Part shown: piece after piece, positions 36,761-46,610 of the stretch | Numbering within the stretch: the first letter of the stretch is position 1 | How the letters are laid out: the number at the start of each line of letters is the position of its first letter | From: a virus | Length of the DNA stretch: 64,000 bases | IMG/VR virus record: IMGVR_UViG_3300027704_000008 | Span: 1-64,000 of that record | Strand: one strand, 5' to 3' | Notes under the pieces: model-generated | Told to the model about the DNA's origin: nothing | Seen by the model: only the letters and a program-made list of their open reading frames with translations | Databases searched by the model: none | Position numbers and translations under genes: made by a program

Positions 36761-38154
36761 TGGCAGAAGAAACCAATTATGGATCAAACTCCCAGCAGTA
36801 TAAAATATCTAAAGCTGATGTAACTGCCGATAGGTTTTCTCTAGGCAAGGTTATAGATATTGCCAACATAATTGTTGAGGTAAACCTGTTTGAGGATATC
36901 GATAAGCCATATATAACTGGGTCATTGGTATTGGTCGATGATAGTGCAATTCTTGATACAATTAACTTTAGTGGGACAGAAACTATTCTCATTGAGATGC
37001 AGGGTGTCGATGACACTAAGACGCTCACACTTCAACGTAAGTTTATTATTACGAGTGCAATAAAAAGCGTGCGCAATAACGACCGCACCGAAGTCTTTGT
37101 ATTATCCTTAATAGATGTCGCTGGATATAACACCCACTCAAAGAGAATAAGTAAATCGTATTCCGGTAAAATAGAAGATATCATCCAGGGCATTATAGTT
37201 AGTGAGTTGGGGGTGTCTGTAGACCGATCATACGCTGCCCCATCTATCCAGGCTCCCGTGAAGGTCATAGTGCCGTATCTCCATCCTCTTCAGGCATGTG
37301 TGTGGCTGCGGGACAAGATGACTAGGTCAAACGGTTCGCCTTACTTTGTTTACGCTTCTATTCATGATGAGAACATTCGTATCGGCGACTTCGATACCAT
37401 GATGTCTCAAGTCCCGTTCAACAGCCTCCTACCATATCACTATTCATCGTCTACCACTAATGCTGCTGAACGTGCTGGTGTTGATAAGTCCGGTAATAAG
37501 GAGGTGGACAGAGCTTTTACCATCAACACCGTTACAAAAACCAACATGGAAAATACCCTTGCCATGATAAAAAGGGGAGCGGTTGGATCTACATACAGCA
37601 ACACTGATATCAGTGGGGGGCTCACAAAGCAATCGCAACATAAGATAGAGGTTGCGTTAGAACAGCTAAAGGTTTCTGATGTTATCAAATCGTATCAGCA
37701 ACAAAATGTATATGATACTGCGACTCTAATTGACCTGGGGCCGAAAGGTAAAGAGTTGGCGTCAGAACACTCATCAAGGCAATTTCACGAGATATCTTCT
37801 AGCAATACTTATGCAACAGCAAATAGCCTAGGTGAAGATTTCAATGAGGCGGGGATTAGTAATAAGGCTATGGCAGAATGTATACATAGTATGCTATACA
37901 AGAATGCTATTGACATTGAGATTCCTGGCACCGCTTTTATGGTACGAGCTAAGGTATCCGTGGGAGATGTGGTAAATATATCTTTCCTAAATGGAAACGT
38001 TGGATTGAATCCTGAATCAGGACAGGACATTATTGATAAGAATAGATCAGGAGATTATTTGATCCTTGCAACACGACATATGTTTAAAGATACCACTCAC
38101 ACTGTATCTGTAAACATATCTAAAATAGCGAGAGGTTCTCTGTCCGATGGATAA
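36760..38154 (+). CDS. Baseplate hub protein (gp27-like)
   Basis: NLFEDIDKPYITGSL..VD, ISKSYSG, SGDYLILATRH; lies between gp53 and gp5. Confidence 0.65.
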   Translation: MAEETNYGSNSQQYKISKADVTADRFSLGKVIDIANIIVEVNLFEDIDKPYITGSLVLVDDSAILDTINFSGTETILIEMQGVDDTKTLTLQRKFIITSAIKSVRNNDRTEVFVLSLIDVAGYNTHSKRISKSYSGKIEDIIQGIIVSELGVSVDRSYAAPSIQAPVKVIVPYLHPLQACVWLRDKMTRSNGSPYFVYASIHDENIRIGDFDTMMSQVPFNSLLPYHYSSSTTNAAERAGVDKSGNKEVDRAFTINTVTKTNMENTLAMIKRGAVGSTYSNTDISGGLTKQSQHKIEVALEQLKVSDVIKSYQQQNVYDTATLIDLGPKGKELASEHSSRQFHEISSSNTYATANSLGEDFNEAGISNKAMAECIHSMLYKNAIDIEIPGTAFMVRAKVSVGDVVNISFLNGNVGLNPESGQDIIDKNRSGDYLILATRHMFKDTTHTVSVNISKIARGSLSDG

Positions 38155-39091
38155 GCCAGAATTTTACGGCGACTCTACCAGGTGGTTTATTGCCTCCGTT
38201 ATTGATGGATCTCCTCCAGCGGGCATGGAGGGGTCTGTGCGCATACGCATACACGGAATTCATAGTGGTAATACAAATGATATTCCCCAGGGAGATCTAC
38301 CGTGGGCCCAAACGGTTATTCCTAGTACAGAGCCTGGTGTGTCTGGTTTAGGGGGGGCTTGTAGACTTCTACCAGGAGCTCAGGTATTTGGAGTGTTTAT
38401 GGATGGAACCAATTCCCAAACTCCTCTCGTTTTGGGATCAATTACTAAGAATGAGTTCCCCTCATCAGTTCAATCAATGGGGAGAGACGACATCGCTACC
38501 AATCCTTTTGCGTATGCTATGAGAGATCAACGCACGGACGCGGTGTATCCGTTTGCGTTGGATGAACGCGATGATGGACCCCTTATCTTTGACCTTGAGC
38601 AGATAGTCATTAAGTTCTTTATTGATAACGGATACACCTTCTTACAATCAGTATGCATTGCTGTGGTAATGAAATTTATTTCAGAGTTTAGCCCAACCAA
38701 ATATGAGACGAATGAGGAATATGGGATAATGGGTTGGGTAAAAGGATCCAGTAGGTTCAAGAGCCTTCAAGAGTTCTCGAGGGGCATAGACGAATTTAGT
38801 TCATGGGATCGGTTGGATATTCAGCTTCTGTTTGTGTTACATGAGCTGAGGACAACACACACTGCCGCCCAAGGGTATATTCGTAGAAGTGATAATTACT
38901 ACGGCACTGCTGGTGATAATGTTCTTCGATGGGCCAAGGGTGGTGGGTATAGGGGAAATAAGTCGGGGATAGAAGCCGTTATAAAGTATTATATACCGAA
39001 TAACCGCCAGCGCGCGGCTTTATTGGGCAACGACTCGCTACTGAGTCAACTAGGTGAACAAGGCATAGAGACTGAAAAGTGGTTTATATGA
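38147..39091 (+). CDS. 5: gp5 N-terminal OB-fold domain fused to a phage tail lysozyme-like domain
   Basis: WFIASV, VRIRIHGIH, DLPWAQ, VFGVFMDG...Q.PLVLGS; C-terminal YGIMGW...QLLFVLHEL. Confidence 0.8.
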   Translation: MDKPEFYGDSTRWFIASVIDGSPPAGMEGSVRIRIHGIHSGNTNDIPQGDLPWAQTVIPSTEPGVSGLGGACRLLPGAQVFGVFMDGTNSQTPLVLGSITKNEFPSSVQSMGRDDIATNPFAYAMRDQRTDAVYPFALDERDDGPLIFDLEQIVIKFFIDNGYTFLQSVCIAVVMKFISEFSPTKYETNEEYGIMGWVKGSSRFKSLQEFSRGIDEFSSWDRLDIQLLFVLHELRTTHTAAQGYIRRSDNYYGTAGDNVLRWAKGGGYRGNKSGIEAVIKYYIPNNRQRAALLGNDSLLSQLGEQGIETEKWFI

Positions 39092-39774
39092 CAATTAATA
39101 AAATTAACAATTTGGTACTAAACGCGTCCAACCAACTGAGATATGATAGGGTTAGTGATGCGGCCGATACATTGGTGCAGGCTTATCTCGAAACAAATGT
39201 AACTAAAATTGGATTGGTTAACCGCGGCCAATTTGGCGGGTTTCAGTCTATAACAAAGCAAACTGATTATCCACTACAAAAAATAGTGCTAGGAAACTCA
39301 ATAGCATTGTTTAGCGAAGAAGCTGCCATCAAAAATATTTCAATAGATCCAGGTGAGGCAGGTGAAGAGGGATTTAGATTTTACGAAGCACCAGCGCCAG
39401 CGTGGCAATCCAATCACGCTGGCGCTGGTGCTAATGGCATTAGTGGGGATGGGGTGGTAGGGGCTAATCCTCATTTTGGGACTAAGGCCGATGTGGTTGA
39501 CAACCCAGTTACATATCCAGCATCTTCGATGAATGTTCGTAATATTTCAGAAAATCCTAACAGAAATATTTCGTCTGGAAGTTTGCAATCTATCAGCGAT
39601 GTGTTAAATAATCTAAATGGCTCTGTAGGTCCATGGACAATAGACCAATGGGGGTCGCTCCGAGGGTCATCAGATACAGAAAAGCTCGATACACTGTTCC
39701 CACCGGATACCTATGTCGAAGTGACCGATACAGACGTTCAAGCGGTACAAGAATCAGCATCCCCAATTCTTTAA
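39088..39774 (+). CDS. Hypothetical baseplate-region protein
   Basis: ATGA overlap start; inside the late operon. Confidence 0.6.
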   Translation: MTINKINNLVLNASNQLRYDRVSDAADTLVQAYLETNVTKIGLVNRGQFGGFQSITKQTDYPLQKIVLGNSIALFSEEAAIKNISIDPGEAGEEGFRFYEAPAPAWQSNHAGAGANGISGDGVVGANPHFGTKADVVDNPVTYPASSMNVRNISENPNRNISSGSLQSISDVLNNLNGSVGPWTIDQWGSLRGSSDTEKLDTLFPPDTYVEVTDTDVQAVQESASPIL

Positions 39775-39827
39775 TAGCAGCAACAGAGTTTTTTTAACAT
39801 AGCAATACCTAAAGTGGACACGAACTA

Positions 39828-40895
39828 ATGTCATCTATATCACCATCGAACATAACATCTACCATAACCGACTCGTTTAACATATCTGAAGGTTCAGGTA
39901 TAGGAGCGATTGCCGACAGTGTGCAAGATGCGGCCGGCGATCTTATTGACGCCGTTATCGAGTTTGGTGAAGATCTATTTGATTTATTTGATACAGGCTT
40001 TTCGGGTTTTTTACAAAATCTCCAAGAAAAGGCAGACGGCACCATGGCGTCTATAATAAGTTCCATTTCTGCCCCCGACAAGCCAGTTCCCGAGGTTGTG
40101 CAGAAAGAAATATCTGCAGCAGTGGAATCAGGTGATATTGCTAAAGCTACGGTTTTGATGGCCCCATTCTCCGATGAGGAACCGGACCGGATTGCGGCCA
40201 CCTTTTCTGCGTTGACCTTTACTATAGCTGGAACGGTCGTTGTAGACGGATCTTCATCAGTCTTTCCCGCACCTTATGTTATAACCGATAATCAAGCTTT
40301 GTGGGCAGGGGCCAACAGCGACGACTACACATTTTCTTACATTAGCAGCGTTGAAGAGTTGATTGCTGAATTTAGATCGATAGATAGAGAAGTATCAGAA
40401 ATGATAGTTCACTGGACAGATAGTTTTACCAATAAGAACTTATCCGCCGAAGACATAGATGAATACGACACTGCCGTAGGACATGATGGTATAGCCTATC
40501 ACCTTGTTATTAGGAGAGATGGTACTTTACAGAGAGGCCGCTCAATAAACGAAGCGGGTGAGCATGTGGGTGGCGGTAGAGATGATACGTCCGTCGGGGT
40601 GGTTTTTGTTGGTGGATTTAACGTCCCAACGGGTACCACAAACCCCGTTACATATAGGTCGGCCGCGTCATTAACTCGGGAACAGTTTAACACATTCGAC
40701 GTGATAGTTAGATCCTTTTATTCGCGGTTTCCTGGTGGGCAAGTGCTTGGCCATAATGACATAGACCTCACTACAGATGATCCGGGGTTTGACGTTAGAG
40801 AATATTGCGTAAGCCGATTCAATAGGACTTACTCTGAAGTAGCATCCCCATCATCAGCCAACGACGTACTAACAACTGAAATTGGACTTAATTAA
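39828..40895 (+). CDS. N-acetylmuramoyl-L-alanine amidase (Amidase_2, T7 lysozyme-like) with an N-terminal extension
   Basis: IVHWT, GIAYHLVIRRDGTLQRGR, SVGVVFVGG, GHND...DPGFDV. Confidence 0.85.
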   Translation: MSSISPSNITSTITDSFNISEGSGIGAIADSVQDAAGDLIDAVIEFGEDLFDLFDTGFSGFLQNLQEKADGTMASIISSISAPDKPVPEVVQKEISAAVESGDIAKATVLMAPFSDEEPDRIAATFSALTFTIAGTVVVDGSSSVFPAPYVITDNQALWAGANSDDYTFSYISSVEELIAEFRSIDREVSEMIVHWTDSFTNKNLSAEDIDEYDTAVGHDGIAYHLVIRRDGTLQRGRSINEAGEHVGGGRDDTSVGVVFVGGFNVPTGTTNPVTYRSAASLTREQFNTFDVIVRSFYSRFPGGQVLGHNDIDLTTDDPGFDVREYCVSRFNRTYSEVASPSSANDVLTTEIGLN

Positions 40896-42517
40896 TGACC
40901 ACATCTAAAGACGACTTCATATCTAGGACTTCTAGTGACGAGTATGGGGATGGAAAAGAAGCCACAGTAGGAGTCACTATTGACGGGTTTGCTGATCCTA
41001 CCGGTGAATTCCCTAAAAGGGATTACTTTTATGGATCGTCAGTAAATGAGGCCGCTAGGGGAATAAAGGTAAACAGCCTCAGCTTGAAAGGAGGAGATTT
41101 ATCCGTATCAATAGAGTTGCCTCCACAAAAGGCCTCCATATTTCCTTTCAATGACGTTAGAGAATCGTCGTCTGGGCACGTGTGGGAGATAGATGATACA
41201 CCTGGGGGAGAGAGGATACTTATCAAACACAGGCTCGGCGGCGGTATTGAATTACGCGCTGACGGCTCGTTCTCTTCTTCTTCTCCAGGATCTAGGGTTA
41301 CAGTAACGGGAGGAGATGATACTGTTATCGTCGATGGACACTGCAACTTGGTATACAAAGGAGACGCCACACTAACAGTGTCTGGTGACTACAACGTCAA
41401 CGTCGGCGGGAATTATAATCTTGATGTGGCTGGATCGGAGAAGGTTAACGTGAGGCAAGCGTCTCGCACTAGGATAGGAACCAATAGAGAATTAGTTGTT
41501 GCGGGTGATAACGATCGCCGCATAGCTGGATATAACAACTCTTTAGTTCTCAAGGAAAGTATTAGTTCCGTGAAGGGCGATAATAAAATATTAACCGGGG
41601 GTGAGTTGGAGATGTGCTCGGACGACATAATGTTATCGGCTAAGAATCGGTGCATAATAAGATCTTATTACATCAGCACCGCCGCCAACTCCCTTTTCAT
41701 CACAGGTGCTACTGGAAGAATTGGTGGAGAAGATCTACACTTTAACGGCAAAGTATTTGCTGGACCTCTAAGGGAGCTTTCTAGAGTTAGTGGAACGGAC
41801 GCGGGCGGTACTAATAATCCTTCTCTCGACGCAACGTTTTATGGCACGTTGGCCGGAAAGGCCTCTGAGGCAGTCACCGCTGAATTTGCTCAGAAAGCCG
41901 ACCGTGCTCACTCTGCTCATTTTGCTCAAGGTGCCGCCACCGCAGCTTATGCTGACTTTGCTTCCATGGCTGGTAACGAGCAGAGTGGTAGCAGTTTTGC
42001 GCAAGGCACCGATACTACCCACGCCGACTGGCTATCCGGTGAGGGTACAGATCACGGAATCAGCGATATCATAGCAGCGCACGATGCTGATATCCCAAGA
42101 TTTAAAATGAACCATACCTTCATCATTGAACCAGCTGCGTTCTGTGATACACGTGAATCGACACTAGCAGCATTAACTATGGGCGCGTGGGCAATTAGGC
42201 AAGTCACAATAGATCAGAATAACGAACTACTTAATCAGATTAAGAGAACGGACAACTACGATGGTGTGTTTGCCCATACCCCAACAACAGCTGAAATTAG
42301 ATCTGAGTTCCACGATCCCAAGAATCGGGAAAAAACAAGTTTGATTAACACACTGTTGGCAGAAGGCCGGTTATCAACAACATGGGCCTCGGCCCTAGGC
42401 GATAGTGTAAAGGTTGGTCGAGTAACCGGGTATGGAGATTCTACCCCCAGATTTGGATACAATGTTATTGGTAACAATCCCATGGATAATAAAAGTAAGA
42501 GGTTTAGTCCATCATGA
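40895..42517 (+). CDS. 5: gp5 C-terminal beta-helix spike protein
   Basis: GFADPTGEFP, FPFN.V.ES.SGHVWEIDDTPGGERI...H, VxGD/VxGN repeats. Confidence 0.85.
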   Translation: MTTSKDDFISRTSSDEYGDGKEATVGVTIDGFADPTGEFPKRDYFYGSSVNEAARGIKVNSLSLKGGDLSVSIELPPQKASIFPFNDVRESSSGHVWEIDDTPGGERILIKHRLGGGIELRADGSFSSSSPGSRVTVTGGDDTVIVDGHCNLVYKGDATLTVSGDYNVNVGGNYNLDVAGSEKVNVRQASRTRIGTNRELVVAGDNDRRIAGYNNSLVLKESISSVKGDNKILTGGELEMCSDDIMLSAKNRCIIRSYYISTAANSLFITGATGRIGGEDLHFNGKVFAGPLRELSRVSGTDAGGTNNPSLDATFYGTLAGKASEAVTAEFAQKADRAHSAHFAQGAATAAYADFASMAGNEQSGSSFAQGTDTTHADWLSGEGTDHGISDIIAAHDADIPRFKMNHTFIIEPAAFCDTRESTLAALTMGAWAIRQVTIDQNNELLNQIKRTDNYDGVFAHTPTTAEIRSEFHDPKNREKTSLINTLLAEGRLSTTWASALGDSVKVGRVTGYGDSTPRFGYNVIGNNPMDNKSKRFSPS

Positions 42518-43143
42518 CTGTGTTTTTACCCGATCCCGCATACGACCCAAACGCAGCCCCATTCATCGACAGCGAAACAAAGCTTGGGCCAGAAACTTCT
42601 ATGGCAACATTCTTAGGAAGCTATGGCAACCGTTGTAGTTTAGATTTTATACCGGACCAGGAAACTAGACGATCTATTGCAAGATACTTATACCTTCATG
42701 CTGAGGTTATTAGGCAATTCAATCAGTTAAAGGAATTTGCAGATTATAGGTTGATCGTCGCCGAGTCTTTATCTCCTAATGTGGAGGGTGGGTATGCCTG
42801 GCCGGAAGATAATCCGGAGGATGGCTCTGCTTCTCCCAGCAATTTTTCCAAGAACCAAGGATACGCCGTAGTATACCAGCTGGTCGATCAGTCAGGAAAT
42901 ATTGCCCACAATAAAACATTCGATCTTGCTTCTTTCTGGAGAGATTATATTATGTTTGATTTTATATTTTTAGATTACGATACGTATAATCCAGATGGTA
43001 CATTAACCAGTTCTATCGTGTTATATGTTCCCACGCTAACTGACGCGTTGTATACTATGGATACCCCGAAGAGCCTGTGTGAAACGTTGTTCAATGGCGA
43101 TTGGATCGATGTTAATAATTTGCGAGAAGTGCTCCCCGCATAA
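42514..43143 (+). CDS. Hypothetical baseplate-region protein
   Basis: ATGA-coupled to the gp5C gene; LDYDTYNPDG motif. Confidence 0.65.
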   Translation: MTVFLPDPAYDPNAAPFIDSETKLGPETSMATFLGSYGNRCSLDFIPDQETRRSIARYLYLHAEVIRQFNQLKEFADYRLIVAESLSPNVEGGYAWPEDNPEDGSASPSNFSKNQGYAVVYQLVDQSGNIAHNKTFDLASFWRDYIMFDFIFLDYDTYNPDGTLTSSIVLYVPTLTDALYTMDTPKSLCETLFNGDWIDVNNLREVLPA

Positions 43144-43179
43144 GGTTTGCAAATACTTCATAATAGCTCGACCAACTCA

Positions 43180-43187
43180 TATAAATA
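43180..43187 (+). promoter_or_regulatory. T4-type late promoter
   Basis: TATAAATA upstream of gp25. Confidence 0.75.
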
Positions 43188-43216
43188 ACGTATACACACG
43201 CGAGATGTAACAGACC

Positions 43217-43750
43217 ATGGCAACGAATAGAGCTTTATCCCAAGAAGATGGTAATCTAAACGCTGCACCGCTAGTATCGTCTCGGTTAAAGACATACTCT
43301 GACATAGATTTATTATTTGTTGGTCCGGCGGCGAGGGCCAAACTGTTATTTGATAGAGAGAATGAAGCGAGGATAAGCCGTGGGGAACCTGCACTCCCTG
43401 CTACAGGTGTTACGGCAGACATATACAAGAAAATTGATGCAGCGGCCGTGAGGCAATCTGTAAAGACCATTCTTTTGACCAGTCATTTTGAGAAGCCGTT
43501 TTTACCTTTGTTTGGGGCAAATTTAAACAGTCTATTATTTGAATTAAACGACAGCCTGTTGGCGCCGATTGCGTCTAGGCAGATACTAGAGAACTTAGCT
43601 ATATACGAACCAAGAGCTACGCCGTTGTCGGTGAATGTCTCAGGTGCTGAACTCATAGACGCAAATGAAATATCTATCACTGTTGTGTTTCAAATTAAAT
43701 CTACTAGGGAACAACAAACAATAACAACCAAAGTAGCAAGGTTACGATAA
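43217..43750 (+). CDS. 25: Baseplate wedge subunit gp25
   Basis: YSDIDL, DAAAVRQSVKTILLT...EKPF.P.FG.NL..LLFE, YEPR. Confidence 0.92.
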   Translation: MATNRALSQEDGNLNAAPLVSSRLKTYSDIDLLFVGPAARAKLLFDRENEARISRGEPALPATGVTADIYKKIDAAAVRQSVKTILLTSHFEKPFLPLFGANLNSLLFELNDSLLAPIASRQILENLAIYEPRATPLSVNVSGAELIDANEISITVVFQIKSTREQQTITTKVARLR

Positions 43751-43751
43751 T

Positions 43752-45572
43752 ATGACTACGACAATTAAATCTTCGGCGTTAGACTTTAATGCTATTAAGA
43801 ATAACCTTAAAGTATATTTTGAGGGGCAGACTGAGTTTGCTGACTATGACTTTGAGGGGTCGGGTCTATCTAATATATTGGACGTGTTGGCATACAACAC
43901 ACACTTGAATGCGCTGACAGCCAACTTTGCTGTTAATGAATCGTTCCTTGGTACAGCTCAATTGCGAGAGAGTTTAGTATCTCTGTCGGAAGCAATTGGA
44001 TACATTCCATCATCTGTTACATCATCTAGGTGCATTGTTAATCTAGCTGTTGAGGTGCCCGAAGGGCCAGATCAAATTTTTCTTCCTGAGGGGGTCTTGT
44101 TTGAATGTAATATTGATGGAATATCATATACCTTCCAGACTTTAGATTCTCTAGAATCTAGGAACGATGGAACCGGAACATACCAATTCACATCGTCACG
44201 TGATGGTAGCGGTGATATATTCTTATACGAAGGTTTTTTGAGAACCAAGAATTTCCTTGTTGGGGGTGCGGACGATAATACTGTGTATGTTATTCCCGAT
44301 GCCAACATTGACATAGATACAACTACTGTTAAGGCATTTGATACACCCTCATCTGAGCTATATACAGTATTTACAGACTTCAAACACGCAACGTCAATTA
44401 CAGATAACACTAGGTTTTACGTTCTGAGGGAATCCCCCAACGGAAACTTTGACCTGTCTTTTGGCAACGGATCCTCTCTAGGAGTGAGGCCGGTTGCGGG
44501 AAACAAGGTCGAAGTAAAATATTTATCCTCGGCCGGAACTCCAGCCAATGGGGGAGCTATATTTACTCCCTCGGCAGACGTTTCTGTAACGGATAAAGGA
44601 TCGTTTCCACTACTGGTTACCACGAAGAATAAGAGTTATGCAGGTAAGCCCAAAGAGACGATAGAGTCTATTAGGTTTAATGCGCCGTTTACTTATTCGA
44701 GTCAGAATAGAATGGTAACAGCAAGGGATTATGCCGCTGTTATTTTAGAGCGATTCCCAAACTTGATAACAGACATTGTCGCTTGGGGAGGTGAAGATAA
44801 CGTAGACCCACAGTTTGGAGTAACCTATGTCTCTGTATTGTTTAATGGTGATGTGTCCACCGCAGAACAGGTTGTAACAAAGGCTCAGATATCAGCAGTG
44901 GTTGAGCAGTTATCGGTATTGTCCTTTGGGTTGGAATTTGCTGACCCCATCAAGACGTTCATTACAGTTGGTGTAACCTTTGATTTTAACTCAGCCCTAA
45001 CATCCCTTCCGCTAAACACTGTTCAGGCAAACGTGCGCAACGCTTTGACTGCGCACTTCAATACTGCAATTGGAACGGATGGGTCGTTTGGTAGATCGTT
45101 CAGACTATCCAACATGTTGACGGATGTTGATGAAGTGTCCACATCCGTTCTATCTAGTGCTGCTCAGGTTAATATGCAACAGAGAATTGTACCAATTGCG
45201 GACGGCAACACTTTAAACAACTTCTCATTGGTATTTCCATCACCAATCATAACTGCCGACGATGTGTTTTATAGGGTCACTAGCTCGGAGTTTACATACA
45301 ACGGTAAAACCTGTTCCATTAAAAACAAATTATCATCAACGGTCCTTCAAATTGTAGCGGGAATTCAGGTGGTCGTTGATGCTATTGGCACGTACGTACC
45401 AGCCACAGGAAAGGTCAATATAACGGGATTTAAACCTACTAGCATATCAGGCGGTGTCAACTTTATTAAGATTTTGGTTGTCCCAGCCAACTCAAACACA
45501 ATAACCCCAATCAATAATAACGTTTTGCTATATGACGACGATGGATCGTTTGTGTCTGGTGCGGTAATTTAG
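43752..45572 (+). CDS. 6: Baseplate wedge subunit gp6
   Basis: LDFNAIK.NL, DYDFEGSGL..LDVLAYNTH, NESFL.TAQLR, QNRMVTARDY, WGGED. Confidence 0.96.
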   Translation: MTTTIKSSALDFNAIKNNLKVYFEGQTEFADYDFEGSGLSNILDVLAYNTHLNALTANFAVNESFLGTAQLRESLVSLSEAIGYIPSSVTSSRCIVNLAVEVPEGPDQIFLPEGVLFECNIDGISYTFQTLDSLESRNDGTGTYQFTSSRDGSGDIFLYEGFLRTKNFLVGGADDNTVYVIPDANIDIDTTTVKAFDTPSSELYTVFTDFKHATSITDNTRFYVLRESPNGNFDLSFGNGSSLGVRPVAGNKVEVKYLSSAGTPANGGAIFTPSADVSVTDKGSFPLLVTTKNKSYAGKPKETIESIRFNAPFTYSSQNRMVTARDYAAVILERFPNLITDIVAWGGEDNVDPQFGVTYVSVLFNGDVSTAEQVVTKAQISAVVEQLSVLSFGLEFADPIKTFITVGVTFDFNSALTSLPLNTVQANVRNALTAHFNTAIGTDGSFGRSFRLSNMLTDVDEVSTSVLSSAAQVNMQQRIVPIADGNTLNNFSLVFPSPIITADDVFYRVTSSEFTYNGKTCSIKNKLSSTVLQIVAGIQVVVDAIGTYVPATGKVNITGFKPTSISGGVNFIKILVVPANSNTITPINNNVLLYDDDGSFVSGAVI

Positions 45573-45576
45573 CGAT

Positions 45577-46572
45577 ATGGCAGATTTAACTCAGGTCATT
45601 CCGTATAGGCAGCAGCTGCAACTGGTGAAACACCCAGTTGAAGATGTGTTGCCCGCCCACTTTGCCGGCGCATATCCAAACCTGATACTGTTCCTAAAAA
45701 AATATTATGAACATGTTGACGCAGTTGGCACCCCTGAAAGTAGCATGCACAAAGTGTTTAATCTGCATGACATTAGCTCGATAGAACCACAATTTCTTTC
45801 TTTTCTTGAGCAACAGTTTCTGCTAGGTAGAACAAACTTTTCCGAGATTAGTGATAAAAGATCTGCGCTGAAGATCAACTCATCTTTGTATAAGGCAAAG
45901 GGTTCTAAATTTTCACTTGAGCAATTTTTCAGAATGTTCTTTGGTGTAGATGCTCAGGTTGAATACACTAAGAAAAATGTGTTTATAGTTGGAGAGTCAG
46001 AAATTGGGGCAGAATCTTTAAGGTATATAACCAATAACGAGCTTTATCAAACATATGCCATCTTAATTAAAACGAGTATTGGTTTAAGCTCTTGGAAGGA
46101 GTCGTATAAGCTGTTTGTTCACCCCGCTGGGATGTTTCTTGGGGCCCAGCTGTCAATTGAAACCACAAATGTTTTAGCTAGGGTAGCTATGCCAGATGTT
46201 GTTCCTTTGGTCCAGAATATTGCGGTAACTGGAATAGGATCCATGATAGGATCAACGTTCACAGCAGATATAACAGGTATAGTAGCACTCAACGATGATA
46301 GCGATTACCGTATTGGATTGGTTAATACAATACGACTATATCAAGACGTTGAATTGCCTTCACTTAGTAATACATCGGACGAACCAATAACGTTGGCTGG
46401 TATTGATGCTCAGTATAATAACATAGCCGAGCTTATGACCGCGACATCTCCTGGAATGGATAATGCCTTAGCCCTTGATGAAGAGGGTAATGTCGTTGCT
46501 GGTACCATTGGTATGTCTAATACTCACGAAACAATGGATCAGGCTAGTTATATTATTTACGATAGCGACTAA
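45577..46572 (+). CDS. 7: Baseplate wedge subunit (gp7-like)
   Basis: FLKKYYE, LYKAKGS..S...FFRMFFG, YQTYAILIK, LFVHPAG. Confidence 0.75.
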   Translation: MADLTQVIPYRQQLQLVKHPVEDVLPAHFAGAYPNLILFLKKYYEHVDAVGTPESSMHKVFNLHDISSIEPQFLSFLEQQFLLGRTNFSEISDKRSALKINSSLYKAKGSKFSLEQFFRMFFGVDAQVEYTKKNVFIVGESEIGAESLRYITNNELYQTYAILIKTSIGLSSWKESYKLFVHPAGMFLGAQLSIETTNVLARVAMPDVVPLVQNIAVTGIGSMIGSTFTADITGIVALNDDSDYRIGLVNTIRLYQDVELPSLSNTSDEPITLAGIDAQYNNIAELMTATSPGMDNALALDEEGNVVAGTIGMSNTHETMDQASYIIYDSD

Positions 46573-46579
46573 TATAACA

Positions 46580-46587
46580 TATAAATA
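46580..46587 (+). promoter_or_regulatory. T4-type late promoter
   Basis: TATAAATA. Confidence 0.75.
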
Positions 46588-46610
46588 CCTTTAAACTTTA
46601 CGGGGTTACG

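Noticed and set aside
39088-40895. One gene split by a sequencing error or by readthrough
   Set aside because: The two ORFs are in different frames and the 53-bp junction has stops in all three frames.
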